Positions 44,372 through 57,130 of a stretch of 64,000 nucleotides of DNA are shown here, piece after piece. Position 1 is the stretch's first letter; the number at the start of each line of letters is the position of its first letter. The stretch is from Pelomyxa schiedti (taxonomy: Eukaryota; Protista; Evosea): the NCBI GenBank assembly GCA_020536535.1, contig JAHLWZ010000573.1, forward strand, positions 19,627 to 83,626, read 5' to 3'. The translations under genes and the position numbers were made by a program. The notes beneath the pieces were generated by a model. It did no database searches, was not told the DNA's origin, and saw only the letters and a list, made by a program, of their open reading frames with translations.

Positions 44372-46649
44372 ATGGACGCGGAAGCTACACCGAGCGGGCC
44401 AATGGCACCCAAACCAGCAGGGGGGAGCGGGGGGGAGGTGGCGGTGACGATGACGGTGCCCGAGGCGGTGGTGGCCGTGATGTCGAACCAGGTGGAGGTG
44501 GCTTACCAGGGCACCATGGCCCTAAGGGCTCTCCTCAGTCTCGAAAATAGTTACGCATTATTATTACCCCGCTCCCTTAACTACACCTGTTTTTTTTTTT
44601 TTTTTTTTGTTGTTGTTGAAACTTGAGTGACTTACAAATTTTTTTGACTTTTTGTACTGGTTTGTTGTGTTTTTTATTTTGGGTATGGGTTACAGGCCCT
44701 CCTATTCAAGAGGTGTTGGACTCTGGGGTTGTCCCACGGCTTATTCAATTCCTGGGATTGGTGAGTGGCACATGGCATTTGTGTTGAATATATTGTTCAC
44801 TATATGCGTACGTTTGGTTGACATATACCTTTTTCAGGCCGATAACCCGAAATTTCAATATGAGGCACTGTGGGCCCTAACAAATAGTTTGTTCCACTCC
44901 ACCCCTTGTTTTACTAATTTTTCCTAGTTTGCAGTGGTAACACTAAGCAAACTCAAGCTGTTATTGACTACGGCATAATACCACCTCTTATTTCCCTTCT
45001 ATCCTCTACCGCTGTTGATGTTGTGGAGCAAGTATGTGCTTTGCTTTTCTTTGTGCAGTGCTTACCTACCCAAGACTGCTTGGGCACTGGGTAACATATG
45101 TGGGGATAATCATTCCTTCAGAGACATTGTCTTAAATCAAGGCTTCTTTCCAGCGATACTCAAAGCTATGTGTCGCTTTCCACAGGAAATGAACTTCTTA
45201 AAGAACGCGGTATCATATTTTATTTTACGATATTTCGCTCACACAAATGATCAGACCTGGGCTCTTTCCAATGGTTGTCGAGGAAAACCTTCCCCAGATG
45301 TCCGCTTTTTTTTGCCAGGTTCTAAGATTATATTTACAACCAAGTGATAATATTGGCCAGTTGCTGGAGAAAGTCTCCAAGTTTTTCCTACTATGGCGGC
45401 TCTTCTGAAATGTCCTGATACGGATGTAATTACTGATGCTGCATGGTAATCTCGCCTGGAGGATACTTGGACTTACTTCCTTTTAGGGCACTTTCTTATG
45501 TGAGTGACAACTCGGCGTTCATCGGGCACCTGATAGCTGGAGGAGTCATTCCCCCCCTGATAGCAAATCTAGCTGTACGTTTCTATGAAAAAGATCAATA
45601 ATGCCCTTTTTAAATGGTCTTAGAAAACTGAGCTCAATGTTCAAATTCCCACTCTAAGAGCCTTGGGGAATATCGCAACGGGAAGGTTGTTTCGAAATTT
45701 TTTATGTTTTTTTTTCCTAAAACGCGTGTAGTAATGTGGAAACCCAGGTTTCTTTTGTTCTTAAGCTTTTTATTGTTTTGACACTAACATTTTCCAAAGT
45801 CCCTTGTTGATGCTGGGATTTTCGCAGCTGTAGGACCTTTGTAGTAACTCTTTCCTAGGTGTTTGTCTCACTTACTCAAACTTAGACTAAAATCAAAGAA
45901 AAAGTGCTTGAGAAAAGAAGCGTGTTGGCTGGTACCTTCAACTTTTTTTATTACCCCAACTTATCTTTATCCACTAGCTCTCCAACATATCCAGTGGGAC
46001 AAAGTATGTTACCACGTACTTACGAGAATGTATAAATTGTATGTCTTAGGGAGCAAGTGAGAGCTCTCTTCAACAGTGGATTGATGCCCGATGTCGTCCA
46101 ATGCCTCAAAGCTTCTGAAATGGATATCCGCAAGGAGGCTTGCTGGGTTGTATGCAACGCACTTGAGTGTGACGATCCAGCATTAAACGGGTATGTGCTC
46201 CACTGGGGAAATCAAGCTCATCAACAAACAGATATTTGATTTCTTTGGGAGTGATGGCTGACTTAACACAACTTCTCGGCTGTACAGATAACAAAATTGT
46301 TACACTCATTCTAGAGGTATTCACAAAAAACCCCAACAAACCAAAAAAATATGAACGCACTACACAAAAGGCAGTGAAAAGGATACTGGCTAGTGACAAA
46401 AGTACACCAAATAAGTACCTTAGTGAAGAGCTGCTTGCTGCATTGGACCAGCTGCAGGACCACAGCAACGAACATATATACTCAACAGCACTGCGGTTAC
46501 TTGAGGAGTATGGAGAAGGTGCACTTGATGATGAAGATGGTGGGGATGATGAGGATGAGGATGACAAATCAGCCGAGAAAAAAGACAAGAAAGACAAGGA
46601 AAGCAAACCCATATCACGCACAACCTCTGACACCATGGAAACAGAATAA
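44372..46649 (+). CDS. KPNA: Importin alpha (karyopherin alpha)
   Basis: PPIQEVLDSGVVPRL, FQYEALWALTNICSG, AWALGNICGD, TWALSNGCRGKP, LRALGNIATG, RKEACW (twice), LDQLQDHSNEHIY. Confidence 0.93.
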
Positions 46650-46776
46650 AAGTAAAAATAAAAAAAAAGAACATTTCATTTTCGAGAACGAATAGAACCG
46701 TATCCACTCTTTCTATTTACACAGTTGCACAGGCAATAACCAAGGTACCACCATCTATTGGACCCCGGCGACGACG

Positions 46777-49477
46777 ATGTTCCCACGACGCACCGTGAAG
46801 CTACCCCCAATTCACAAGAAACCCTCTTCATCACCACAACAACAACAGCAGCGCCCACAAGTACCTCCTGGTGTGTACGCTTCTTCTTTTTCTGTTGTTG
46901 TCCGTTATTTGGTTTTAACTTGTACCCAGGAGGCGACGCTGAGGATGTTCCCAACCCAGTTGCCACTACAGCAACTACAACCAAAGTAGCAACAACCACT
47001 ACCACAAGTTCCAAGCGAACACTACAACAACAACAACAAAGGGGGAACAGTGCTGGTGCTGGTGCGGGTGGAGATGAAAAGAATGCGGGGACCCCGGCAA
47101 ACAAGTCCCCGGCAAAACCCGGCGTTGTAAGGGAGAGCACCACGCCCCCTAAGAAACCTACAAAGAGGGTGTTGACAGCTACTGCCGGCGTCAAAGAGGG
47201 CGATGCTGTGTCTGCTGCTGCTGGTCTGTGTGTCTAATTATCCTGTTGTTATGTATTATATGTAATCGTGGAGGAGGAGGGTAACAAAAACAAATAGTTA
47301 TATATATATATTTGAGTGAATGTTCACGTTGGCTAATTCTAACAGATGATGCGGACAATGACGACGGTGAAGAGGGAAATGGGGAAGGCGACGATGAAAT
47401 TGAATATGAAGACCCTTTTGAGGATGAATATGAGGAGGAGGACCAGGTCAACCAAGAGGAAGAAGAAGAGGAAGAGGAAGGGGAAGAGGAGGAAGAAGAT
47501 CCAGAAGTGGAAGGAGCTGCCGAGGATGAAAATGAAAGCGCAGAAGCCGCTGCAGAAACTACCCCCACAAAAGGCAAAGGGGCTAGAAAAATGAAACTTG
47601 AAGAAGTGACTGCTGCAATCGAACCCGAGGAAGATGCAGAAGATGAGGACGACGAGGGTGGTGAAGATGATGACGGTGCGGATGAAGATGAAGATGGCAG
47701 TGGCGAAGATGATGACGAAGAGGAGGCACTCAATGTTTTTCCCTTTCCCTCCTCAGTCATTTTGCCTTAGAGTACTTAGGTTTTTCGGCCAGATACGTAC
47801 AACCTTGAGAAAGGAGAAGTCCTTGGTTTCTATTTAAACGACACTCTTCAAAATACTAACTTGGGAAAAGAACCAGACAACTCAGCCTACACCATGCTTC
47901 ATCAGATGACAACCTATTGGCCGTGTTTAAGCATGGACTTTTTACCAGATGTTGTTGGAGCTACAAGACATGTAAATAATGATCTGTGAATAACCCTGAC
48001 ACTTTGAACTATAAGTGGCCACATACAATGTACGTTGCCGCAGGAACACAGGCCACTCAGGCGTCAGAGAATTCACTCATGTTACTAAAAATATCGAAGC
48101 TGCACAAAACTAACCGCGACGATTTGGAGTCAGATGAAGATTTACCCGGTTACAATTCCCAGTGACATTTTCCTTTTGGTTGTTCATTTTAGTGCAGGTG
48201 AGTCCTCTGAAGACGAAGAAGACAGGGATGAAGATGTTGATGAAGATGCCGTGTTAGAACAGAAAGATATCAAGCACATTGGGGCAATCAATAGACTTAA
48301 AGTTTCCTTCAGAACTGCCGCCTCTAATCTAATATAGTGTAAACCAGTGCATGAAACAACAGCCGTCCACAATAGCAACTTGGAGTGAGACGAAACAAGT
48401 TCACATCTGGACACTGCGAGATCAACTCAATGCACTTGATGATCCTAGATATACAACAGCAGCAAATCCCATTCCACTGCAAACGCTCAACCACAAAGCG
48501 GAAGGGTTTGCAATGGATTGGTCACCTATATCAAAGGGATGGTGAGTATCTACTTTTGTCACACCTTTGTATTGAGAGATGGCCAGGTTTCTGACTGGTG
48601 ATTGTCTTCATAACATTTATTGTTGGAAACCTGCTGAACCGTAATTGTGAGTTTATTCACCTGACACAAACACTTACCCCAGGGCATGGATTGGAGAAGG
48701 GCCGTATTCGGTACATAAATCGTCAGTGGAGGACCTGCAGTGGTCACCAACTGAATCCACTGTATGACGAACCCATTAACAGTACACCTCAGGGGTATTT
48801 CTAGTGGCTTAATTGGGTTTTCCACGTGTCTAGGTTTTTGCCTCTTGTTCTTCGGATCAAACTATAAGAATTTGGGATCACAGAACAAAAAAACAGCCGC
48901 AGTTGACTGTAAAAGCTCATTCCTGTGACGTCAATGTTATATCCTGGAACAAGTGAGACGCTTTTTCCCCGTTTCCTTTATTTGACAAATCATAGGCTCG
49001 TTCCGCACTTAATGGTATCAGGTGCCGATGACGGTACGTTTAACATCTGGGACCTTCGAACCTTCTCTTCCGGCACACCGATTTCCCAGTTTATATATCA
49101 CACCAAGCAAATCACTTCAGTGGAGTGGTCTCCGTGGGAGGATTCAGTCTTGGCCGTAGCGGGTGCCGATGATCAGGTAACCATTCCTTTCGGAACTTCC
49201 ACCCTAATAAATAACAAAGGTGACTATCTGGGATTTATCACTTGAGGATGATCCTGAAGAACAAATTGCCAAGCGGAAGACTCCAGCCGATCCTGTGCCT
49301 CCTCAATTAACCTTTGTGCACATGGTAACCCACAACAAAAACCTAGACAACGATTCTAATTCCATTCCACAGGGTGTCCGTGATGTCAAGGAGGTACACT
49401 GGCACCCACAAATCAAGAACACATTGGGTTGCAACTCCCTCAGTGGGTTACAGTTCTTCCTTCCTGCAAATCTGTGA
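46777..49477 (+). CDS. GRWD1: Glutamate-rich WD repeat protein 1 (Rrb1)
   Basis: Acidic N-terminal tract with YEDPFEDE; SAYTMLH...[64 protein letters not shown]. Confidence 0.92.
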
Positions 49478-49798
49478 GCCAGTCTCTACCAACACAAAAA
49501 AGAAAGGAACATTGGGACTCACACTTTTAATTTTTTGGGTCTTTGGATCTTGCCATGTGATGCTCCTCAGACGCTGGAAAGACCACGAAACTGTAGAACG
49601 TGTCTGGTCCCGATGTGGTCCGGACATTTCACAGGGTACAGAGAGAACCAGTACCTTTTCTGCCCCGTTGATGCCAAAAAGTGTGAGCCCCCAGGTGCCA
49701 AAAAACTCAATCATACCGATTTCCTTTGTCCATGACAGGACACACAAGACCCTGTGGTGCACTGAGGGAGTTTCAGGTGCACGTAAAACAAGACTGGC
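49478..49798. ncRNA. Candidate structured RNA or fold-back element
   Basis: Nested complementary segments found by eye (see findings). No known-family motif was recognised. Confidence 0.3.
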
Positions 49799-49875
49799 GC
49801 ATCCAATCACAATTGACTAAATTGGGAACTTTTTTTTTGTGTAAAGACGAACGAGGTGTTTGAGTACTGAGTGAG

Positions 49876-50853
49876 ATGGTGTTTTTCTTTGTTGGACGAA
49901 GTAACACAGTGATCTACATGGGTGTTGACAAGTTCGAAAACGACGAGCTCATACGGTACTCGTTCCCTGATGACGTCTGGTACGTAACTCTCTTTGTTGG
50001 GTTTTTTTTTGTTTTTGTTTTTGTTGTATTTGAGAAGTAAACGAAGCTGCAATATGGGGTTTTTTATTATTATTAGGTTCCACGTTGGGGGGAACATGTC
50101 TAGCGCGCATGTGTATCTTCGTTTGCTGCCTGGGATGACGATTGATACTATTCCTCCTGATGTGCTTGAAGACTGTTTCCAACTCGTCAAGGCTAACAGT
50201 AGAGACGGTACTTATACTCACTCATTCCTATTGACTCTATTCACCAAGAATCGCTTCCTGTTTTGTCTGTGCACAGGACGGAAAACGGATAGAGTAACTA
50301 TTGACTACACTGCCGTTTCTAACTTGAGGAAAGCTAAGTCAATGGACGTTGGTCAGGTTGGATTTGTTGACGACAGACAGGTTTGCATAATACACTTTTA
50401 GTGTTATCTTCTTAAACTTGGTAAAGGTCCGATATGGTCAAGTTCCCGCTAAAATAAACGCAATCATCAATAGACTCAACAAAACCCGAACAGAGAGATC
50501 AGTCTTAGAAATGAAAGGTGTGTGCTGAGCAGTTTGACTTTATTGTGAGCCTAATCACCCAAAGTTCCTTTTGCGTTTCACTAACGAAACATAGCCGAAA
50601 GAGAGCACCGGGATGAGGAACTTCGTGACAGAAGAAAGCTAGAACTACAAGCCCAAGTACACACCTCTTTTTTTTTTTTAGTAAACCTTACAAACTCCTT
50701 GTTTTACAGGCCAGAGCTATCGAGGAGGAAAAACGCCGCAGAAAAGCAGAGGAGGACCTTCGGTGTTACAAATCCGTGATGAAGCCGGAAGTCATGCAAT
50801 CCAATACAACCCAAACAAGCTCTGCTGCTGAGTATGAAGAGGACTTCATGTGA
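49876..50853 (+). CDS. CCDC25: CCDC25/Jlp2 NFACT-R domain protein
   Basis: IYMGVDKFENDELIRY...DVWFHV...SSAHVYLRL...QLVKANS...NLRK...MDVGQVGF, ending EEDFM*. Confidence 0.92.
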
Positions 50854-50970
50854 AGTGGTTTTGGTTCCTATGTTTAGAGTCCACGATATTGGAGGGAATA
50901 AAACAACCTCATTGTGAAAAAGGCTTTTTTTTCCTTTTCTGAATACAATGTTGTTTGGAATGGTTTTATT

Positions 50971-52331
50971 TTACTCGTCAAAGAGAACAAGAGAAAATCC
51001 GAACTTTTGTGTGCCACGGGTGATATCATCAACAGCTGCAACAAACTTGGCTGTCTGGTTTTGTATTAGTCCGATAAGATGTTTAGGGTAAAATTTGTGC
51101 ATACCGGGGACAGTTTATGAATGTAGGCACATCCCACAGTGCCGTTGGTGGCCACTTTTGTTTTGAGACTAACATTGGGGATGGGTGAGTATTCAACTCC
51201 AACAATGATATTGGCAGGATTTGCGGCTTCGCCGGTCTCAGCTCTTGTGTTGCGTTACAAAATAGTAGAGGATGTGAGGAAATACGGTTTATTTGGGTGC
51301 TTCAGAGCCTCAAAACCAACTGTAAGTTTGTTGGTAACACGCTGAAGATAAGAGAGACCGCAAACCCGGGAGGACTTAGAAAAGTGCCTGGAGAAGGTAA
51401 CTAAATTGCCCATAAACGGGAAAAAGTGTATACGCATAGGACTGGAAGGTTGGCGTCGTGTAACCAGCAAAGAATACGGCATCATGTACCAATGGTTCCT
51501 CTCTGAAACGTTGATTAATTTGGCAGTTTTCGAAGAGCTATAATTACGGGATAACAGCTGCAGTCGCTGTAGAGGAAGTGACGGGTACAACTGCTCGGTT
51601 TTTCAGATGGTACTCCATACTTGCACCGCCCAAGAATCCTGTTTTACTGTGGTTTTCTAATAGGCTGGTTGCAACCATAACTACCTTGATGAGCGAGAAC
51701 AGCCGCTACACCAAGAGTTTTCATCCAATCAAGACTGGTAGAAAGGCTAAAGAACTTGTTTCTAGTTGAGTAAGCGCTATTGAAGGGATAAATCGTCTAA
51801 TCATACTGAAACTTGAGGCTACTCTTCAAGTTGTCTCTGGTAGCCTCAAATTGTACAGTGGTGCCAGGGAGAGTGTCTTTTACTTCAACTGCCGCCTTCT
51901 CTAGATGTGAGTTGTCATGTCGGGCTCATTGGAACGCAACCTTGGCATTTGGAGCCGCAGTAGAAAGATTGAGATCCAGCTTTGCAGTGGAGAATTTGAA
52001 AGTTGGAGCCAGAGCACAACTAACAGACCCGTCTTCCTTGCGCGTCAAGGACACATTTCCTGTCTTTTTTATTTTATTTTTTTTTTGGCGTGTTAAAAAA
52101 TATTATAGGTAGATCTAGAAATAAGCAGAGGCACTAACCAAATAGGGTGAGTGTGATGGAATATGGGCCTCCGCTTTTACTTGGTCCGTGAAGTCCTTGT
52201 ACAAAAAGTCTTTTTTTTTGTTTTGATTGTTCGGCGTTAGAGCATATGACACGTAATATGAAGAGTGTGTCAGCGACGACGATACCGCGTGTGTCCTTGC
52301 CAAGATCTTCAAACAACGGTGCGCACGACAT
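50971..52331 (-). CDS. VDAC: Voltage-dependent anion channel (eukaryotic porin)
   Basis: N-terminal helix APLFEDLGKDTRDFLYKDF, alternating amphipathic strands, IIVGVEY...KTKVATNG, and a C-terminal beta-signal KFGFSLVLF. Confidence 0.8.
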
Positions 52332-52674
52332 ACTGCCTGTTCGTTAAAGTTTTCTTTTATTTGTTCTGTTTTCTTCACAAGGATCAGACACTGAGTGAAC
52401 CTCTTCGTATCACGTTGTGGTGGTGGTTGTGGATTCTTTCTCAGCTAGTGCTGAGCGGCTCCGGACCTTTTCTGAGAGCAGATCCAACTTAGGGGAAGCG
52501 AAACAGTGACTGTTTCTGGGCGTCTCGTGGAAGCACCGAAACGCACCCACAACGCGTCATCATCCACAACGAATAATCCACAACACCAACAAATAACCTA
52601 ACAGGAACCATCTCGCAACCGCAGACCAAACAAACAAACACAACCGATTCTGTATTTCACAGCTACCACCACAA

Positions 52675-55201
52675 ATGAGCAACCACACCCATACTAGCAA
52701 CGTTAGTGTGCGCCACTTGGCCCTAGCCTCCTCGTCATCCTCATCGACGGCGGCCACGGGCACGCCCTCCGCCGTCTCGTCGACAACTACAACAACACAC
52801 ACGAGTGGTGGCGCTAATGGGAGCGGCAGGGACAGGGATTATGGGCACCACGGCGCCGTAGTTCGGGGCGCGTCGCCATCACCGTCACCGTCACCGTCTC
52901 CGTCGCCGTCAGTAGCTATTCTATCCGCCGCCGCCCATTTCTATGCTATCAGTGGTGGTTACACTTCCACGCCTACTTTTGCTTCTTCTACTTCTACTTC
53001 TGTTACATCTGCTTCTGGTAGTGTTAGTGTGAAGGGCACCACGAGTTCTTCTTCTTCTTCTTCGGCACCACCTCCTCAGCGCGAAAGAAAGCACAGGAGG
53101 GGATCCAGTGACCTGAATGATAGGGCGGCCAAGCCTTCATCATCACACGCGGATTCTGGCCACCACATCGCGGAGACCGCTCATGTTTCCAAAGGTAAAT
53201 CTCCTTTGCTTTCTTCCCCATTTCTTAGAGTAAGGATTGATGGCACTAAATCGGGAAAAAAGCTCAGGTTGGAAGAGACGATTTCGTTATAATAAGGCAA
53301 CTTGGAAAAGGACATGTTGGAAAAGTGTATGCGAGAATTAATCTTTCACTCAGGCTTAAACAAAACAGATATCTTGTAAGACACAAGGAAACAAACAGAC
53401 TCTACGCCATGAAAGTTTATTCAAAGGAAGCAATGATAAGAGAAGGAAAAGTAGCTTTGCTATTTGTTTGGGTGCCATTTAACGCTGTGCAGATAAAACG
53501 CTGCCAAACTGAACGCGAAATATTGTCACAATCAAATCATCCTTTAGTTATGACTCTCTATTGGTCTTTCCAGGTAAAACTAGGTTAGACACCTCTGAGT
53601 TTAACCACACCCAGTCTCCGAACTGTTTGTACTTCGTCATGGAATATTGTGCTGGAGGTGAATTCTTCAAGACTCTGAAAAGGCAGCCAAATGGATGTCT
53701 TTCTGGTTTCTCTTTTGTACCTCTAGTTCGTGCTGACCTGTACAAAAAAAGAGGAGGGTGCAAAATTTTACGGTGCCGAAGTTTTGATAGCCCTAGAGTA
53801 TCTTCACTGCATGGGGTAAGCTGCAGTAAGTCCTTTTATAGACTAATTGTAACTGTAAAAGGTTTATTTACCGTGACCTCAAGGTATGATATTATATTGG
53901 GTTTATTGTGTCTTATGGTTTTTTTTGATGCTATTTGTTTGGAAATTTCCAGCCCGAAAGTGCGACTCACTGTAACTGCCAATTTTCTCTAACGAAAGTA
54001 CAGATATACTACTTCGTGCATCTGGTCATATTGTACTGACTGATTTGTATGTTTCCAGCCTGAACTTCCTTTTTTTTCCTAAATTAGCTTTGTGTAGTGA
54101 CCTGTCCAAAGGTGCTGCCTCTTCCACAATGAGAGTAATGCTCCACTGACCTGAGACAAATTTATAACTTGTACCAAAAGATTGTAGATTCCTGGAACAC
54201 CCAAGTCCTCTCAATAAAACCGGAACTTGCAACGAGATCTTTTGTTGGGACAGAGGTTCGTCCTCCATAAGAGTGCTTTAACCAATATCCCCATAGGAGT
54301 ACATAGCTCCGGAGGTAATAAAAGGAACCGTGCAAACTGGAGCTGTGGATTGGTGGACTTTTGGTACTTCCCTTTCTTTCTCTATGGTGAGCTAACAATG
54401 CAAGGAATACTGCTGTATGAAATGATGGTATGAAAGCAAGTGGCTTGGCTTGTTCAAATCACATTCGCAGTTTGGTACCACTCCGTTCAAAGGCAGTACA
54501 CAAATAATTACATTTCGGAATATCATGGCCTGCGCAATTTCCTTCCCAGATAAGCCATCTGTATGTTGTTCCCATTTATTTCCCTTAAAGAATGGCCGGT
54601 ATCTGATATTATCAGGTCTCGAAATATGCCAAGGACATTATCAAAAAGCTGCTTGTAAATGAAGCTTCACGTCGACTTGGTTCCGAAAATGGAGCCGACG
54701 ATTTAAGAAAGCATCCCTTCTTCAAAGCAGTCAAATGGCAAAGTACTACCCCTCTTTTAACCTCTCTTCTTACCATTTCATAGTGATACGGGACCAAAAG
54801 CCACCAATAGTGCCTGTGTTGACGGGACCCGATGATACCAGTTACTTCCCCCCAGTGAAGGATGATAGTTCCCTTGAGTCGTTAGAATCCAGAGCCCCAC
54901 CTGAAACCAGTGAGGATGTGTTCCAAGAATTCACACCCGGTAAACCTTCCCACACTCACCCTAGCTGTTACTTATATTCCCTTAAGTTTCTCGCAAGCCA
55001 AGTGCCTATCTGGATGCACAACCCCCACCCACAACACAAACCACTAGCAACAGTAACACACACCCTCCCCCTCCATCATCAAACACTACTACAACCACTC
55101 CCTCTTCAGTACCACCACCCTCCACACCAACCCAAACACACCCAACAACAAACACTGATTCAGCACCCCAAGCCACACCTCACCCTGATTCCAACACCTA
55201 A
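52675..55201 (+). CDS. AGC Ser/Thr kinase, Fpk1/Kin82/Nrc-2 (phototropin-kinase-like) group
   Basis: LGKGHVGKV, YAMKV, MEYCAGGEFF, IYRDLKPENILL, LTDFDLSK (DFD variant), RSFVGTEEYIAPE, VDWWTFGILLYEM. Confidence 0.93.
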
Positions 55202-55329
55202 AACCTTAGTGCCTAAAGCTTTCAAAATAACATTTCTTTACAATACACAACGGATTCGTATGTGTCATTCCCTACAGGTGCTCGATACCAGGCAACAGAG
55301 TACGGGCCATCCACCACAGTCCTTGCATT

Positions 55330-57130
55330 GTTGTTTGATAATAAGGACAGTTCTTGGCAAGATCATTTGCAGGAATTGTGTCTGGCTTATCCACTTTGTT
55401 GGCCAAAACTGTCACTGATGGGACGGCCAATGCTTTTCGGAGTTTACTCCCGGAACCAACTTAGTTTCGGGAGTTTACTCTGCACAAAGTTGGGGTGCGG
55501 CAAACTTGGGGGAAAAAAACCGGAGTTTTGCGTGGAAATAGTGCTTTTCCAGTGGTGGTGGTTGTGCTTCTGTGTGATGCTGTTTCGGGGGTGGTGTTTT
55601 GTGAAATTGTTGGGAGTGTCTTTGTGTGGGTTGAGTGGGTTCAGTGTGAATTAAGCACCTTGTGGAACCTCTTTTTGATTTTTTAGGAGCAGGACCTGCT
55701 GGGATTTCCTCCATCTGCAAGGGCTCAGGCACTGTCACAGTGCTCACTGACAGAATTACTGTACTGTTTAAGGAAGAGGCCTGAACTGTGGCAAGTTGTA
55801 AGGGCAGCTGGACCTGGGAGGCATGTGAGACTTGCTGGTAAATTGTGCTCAACATCTGGTGCTTCAGCCCACTCTGTCATTGAAATCTGAAAAGGACCAA
55901 ACTCAGAAAGGAAAGAGAGCTGCACTCAAAGTATAGGATTCTGTAACCAAGCTCTCATGGCATAACAAGTCTGCCTCAAAGTACGGCGGTTGCTTGCACA
56001 GTGGTCATTAATATACTTTAGAAATCCTTGGATTTGTGGAATCCTTTGCTCAACCCATACAACAGCATTTAGCACAGTCAACCAACGAGTGGCCAGAGGA
56101 AGAGGAATGGTGGTTTCATCAGGGAGTTGCTCCAAAGTAATGCACAACTGAAAGAAATAAAATGGTTACAAAAGAACAAAACCATGATCATACATGAGAA
56201 ATGGCAAGAACTTCAGGTAACTTTCTGGCACTCACATAGGTTGACAACCAGCGAATGCACCTTGCTTGCAACAGCTTGTCACAAGTTGAGTCACTGGGGA
56301 GTGATTGTTGAACTGCAGACAGCACTGCTGAGGTCACATGTCCTTTCCCCACAAGTTTTTGAAGTGTGTCATGCAACTCCTTAGGTAACCAGACAGGACG
56401 CTGGTTTGGGTGGTCTTTTTTGTTTGGGGAGGAAGTGCTTTGGCTCATTGTGTGCCCACAGTAAAAAAAAACCTCACTACAATCTTAGAAAACAACACCA
56501 CAACTTGCACCCACCACCTTCGAGAGCAATAGGTTGCGGACGAGGACAAGGACGAAGATGAAGACGAAGAAGGGGGCGGCGATGGCGATGGTGAGGGGGA
56601 GGGGGAGGGGGCCGGGGGCGGGGACTGGAAGAGAAAAGGGCTGGCGGGGGTGGCTGAGGTAAGCGGCGACGTGGGGGGTGTGCCGGACAGCGCCCCGCTG
56701 GCCTGGGGCGGGAAGGTGCGCGGCAGCTGCTGCGACGACGGGCTTGTGGGAGTAGCGGCACCACCGCTGTTTTGCTTTTTCCGCTGTTTTATGCGAAAAA
56801 CAACTTGCGTCGGGAGTAAACTCCCAATCGTTTTTGGAGTTTACTCCGAAAAAACAAAACGCATTCTTTATGACAACATCGCTGAAGTACAAAGCACAAA
56901 AGGATGATGGTCTGATTGTGCACTGTCCTCAAATGGGCCTTCCAGGGTGTGTACCTGATATCCAGGCATGGAAGTTCCATCATGTGAATGACATGCTGCT
57001 GCCAGGAGAATTTGGATTGGGAGATAAGGGGTATCAAGGGGCCCCTGTGTACTTCCACAAAGTACACGAACTCGGCCTTGCTCGCGAGGCTCTGAAGTCT
57101 GGTGCACTTTCGCGGGATTGGAGAGACTGA
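55330..57130 (+). mobile_element. Interrupted DDE (IS5/PIF-Harbinger/ISL2EU-type) transposase pseudogene
   Basis: Left piece ...KTVTDGT (first Asp) at ~55406-55426. Right piece TSLKY...GLIVH...PGCVPD...GEFGLGDKGYQG at ~56875-57040. The two are separated by an inserted element. Confidence 0.65.
55430..56866 (-). mobile_element. Nested non-autonomous DNA element with palindromic terminal repeats and a degenerate hAT-like coding remnant
   Basis: Two GGAGT(TT/AA)ACTCC palindromes at each end (55439-55480 and 56812-56848) in inverted arrangement. Internal spliced minus-strand ORFs include PLPLATRWLTVLNAV (hAT TRW motif). Confidence 0.55.

Noticed and set aside
55439-56848. Repeated palindromes as a CRISPR-like array
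   Set aside because: Only four ~12-14-bp units in two inverted pairs 1.3 kb apart, with no regular spacers and no cas genes, in a eukaryotic context.
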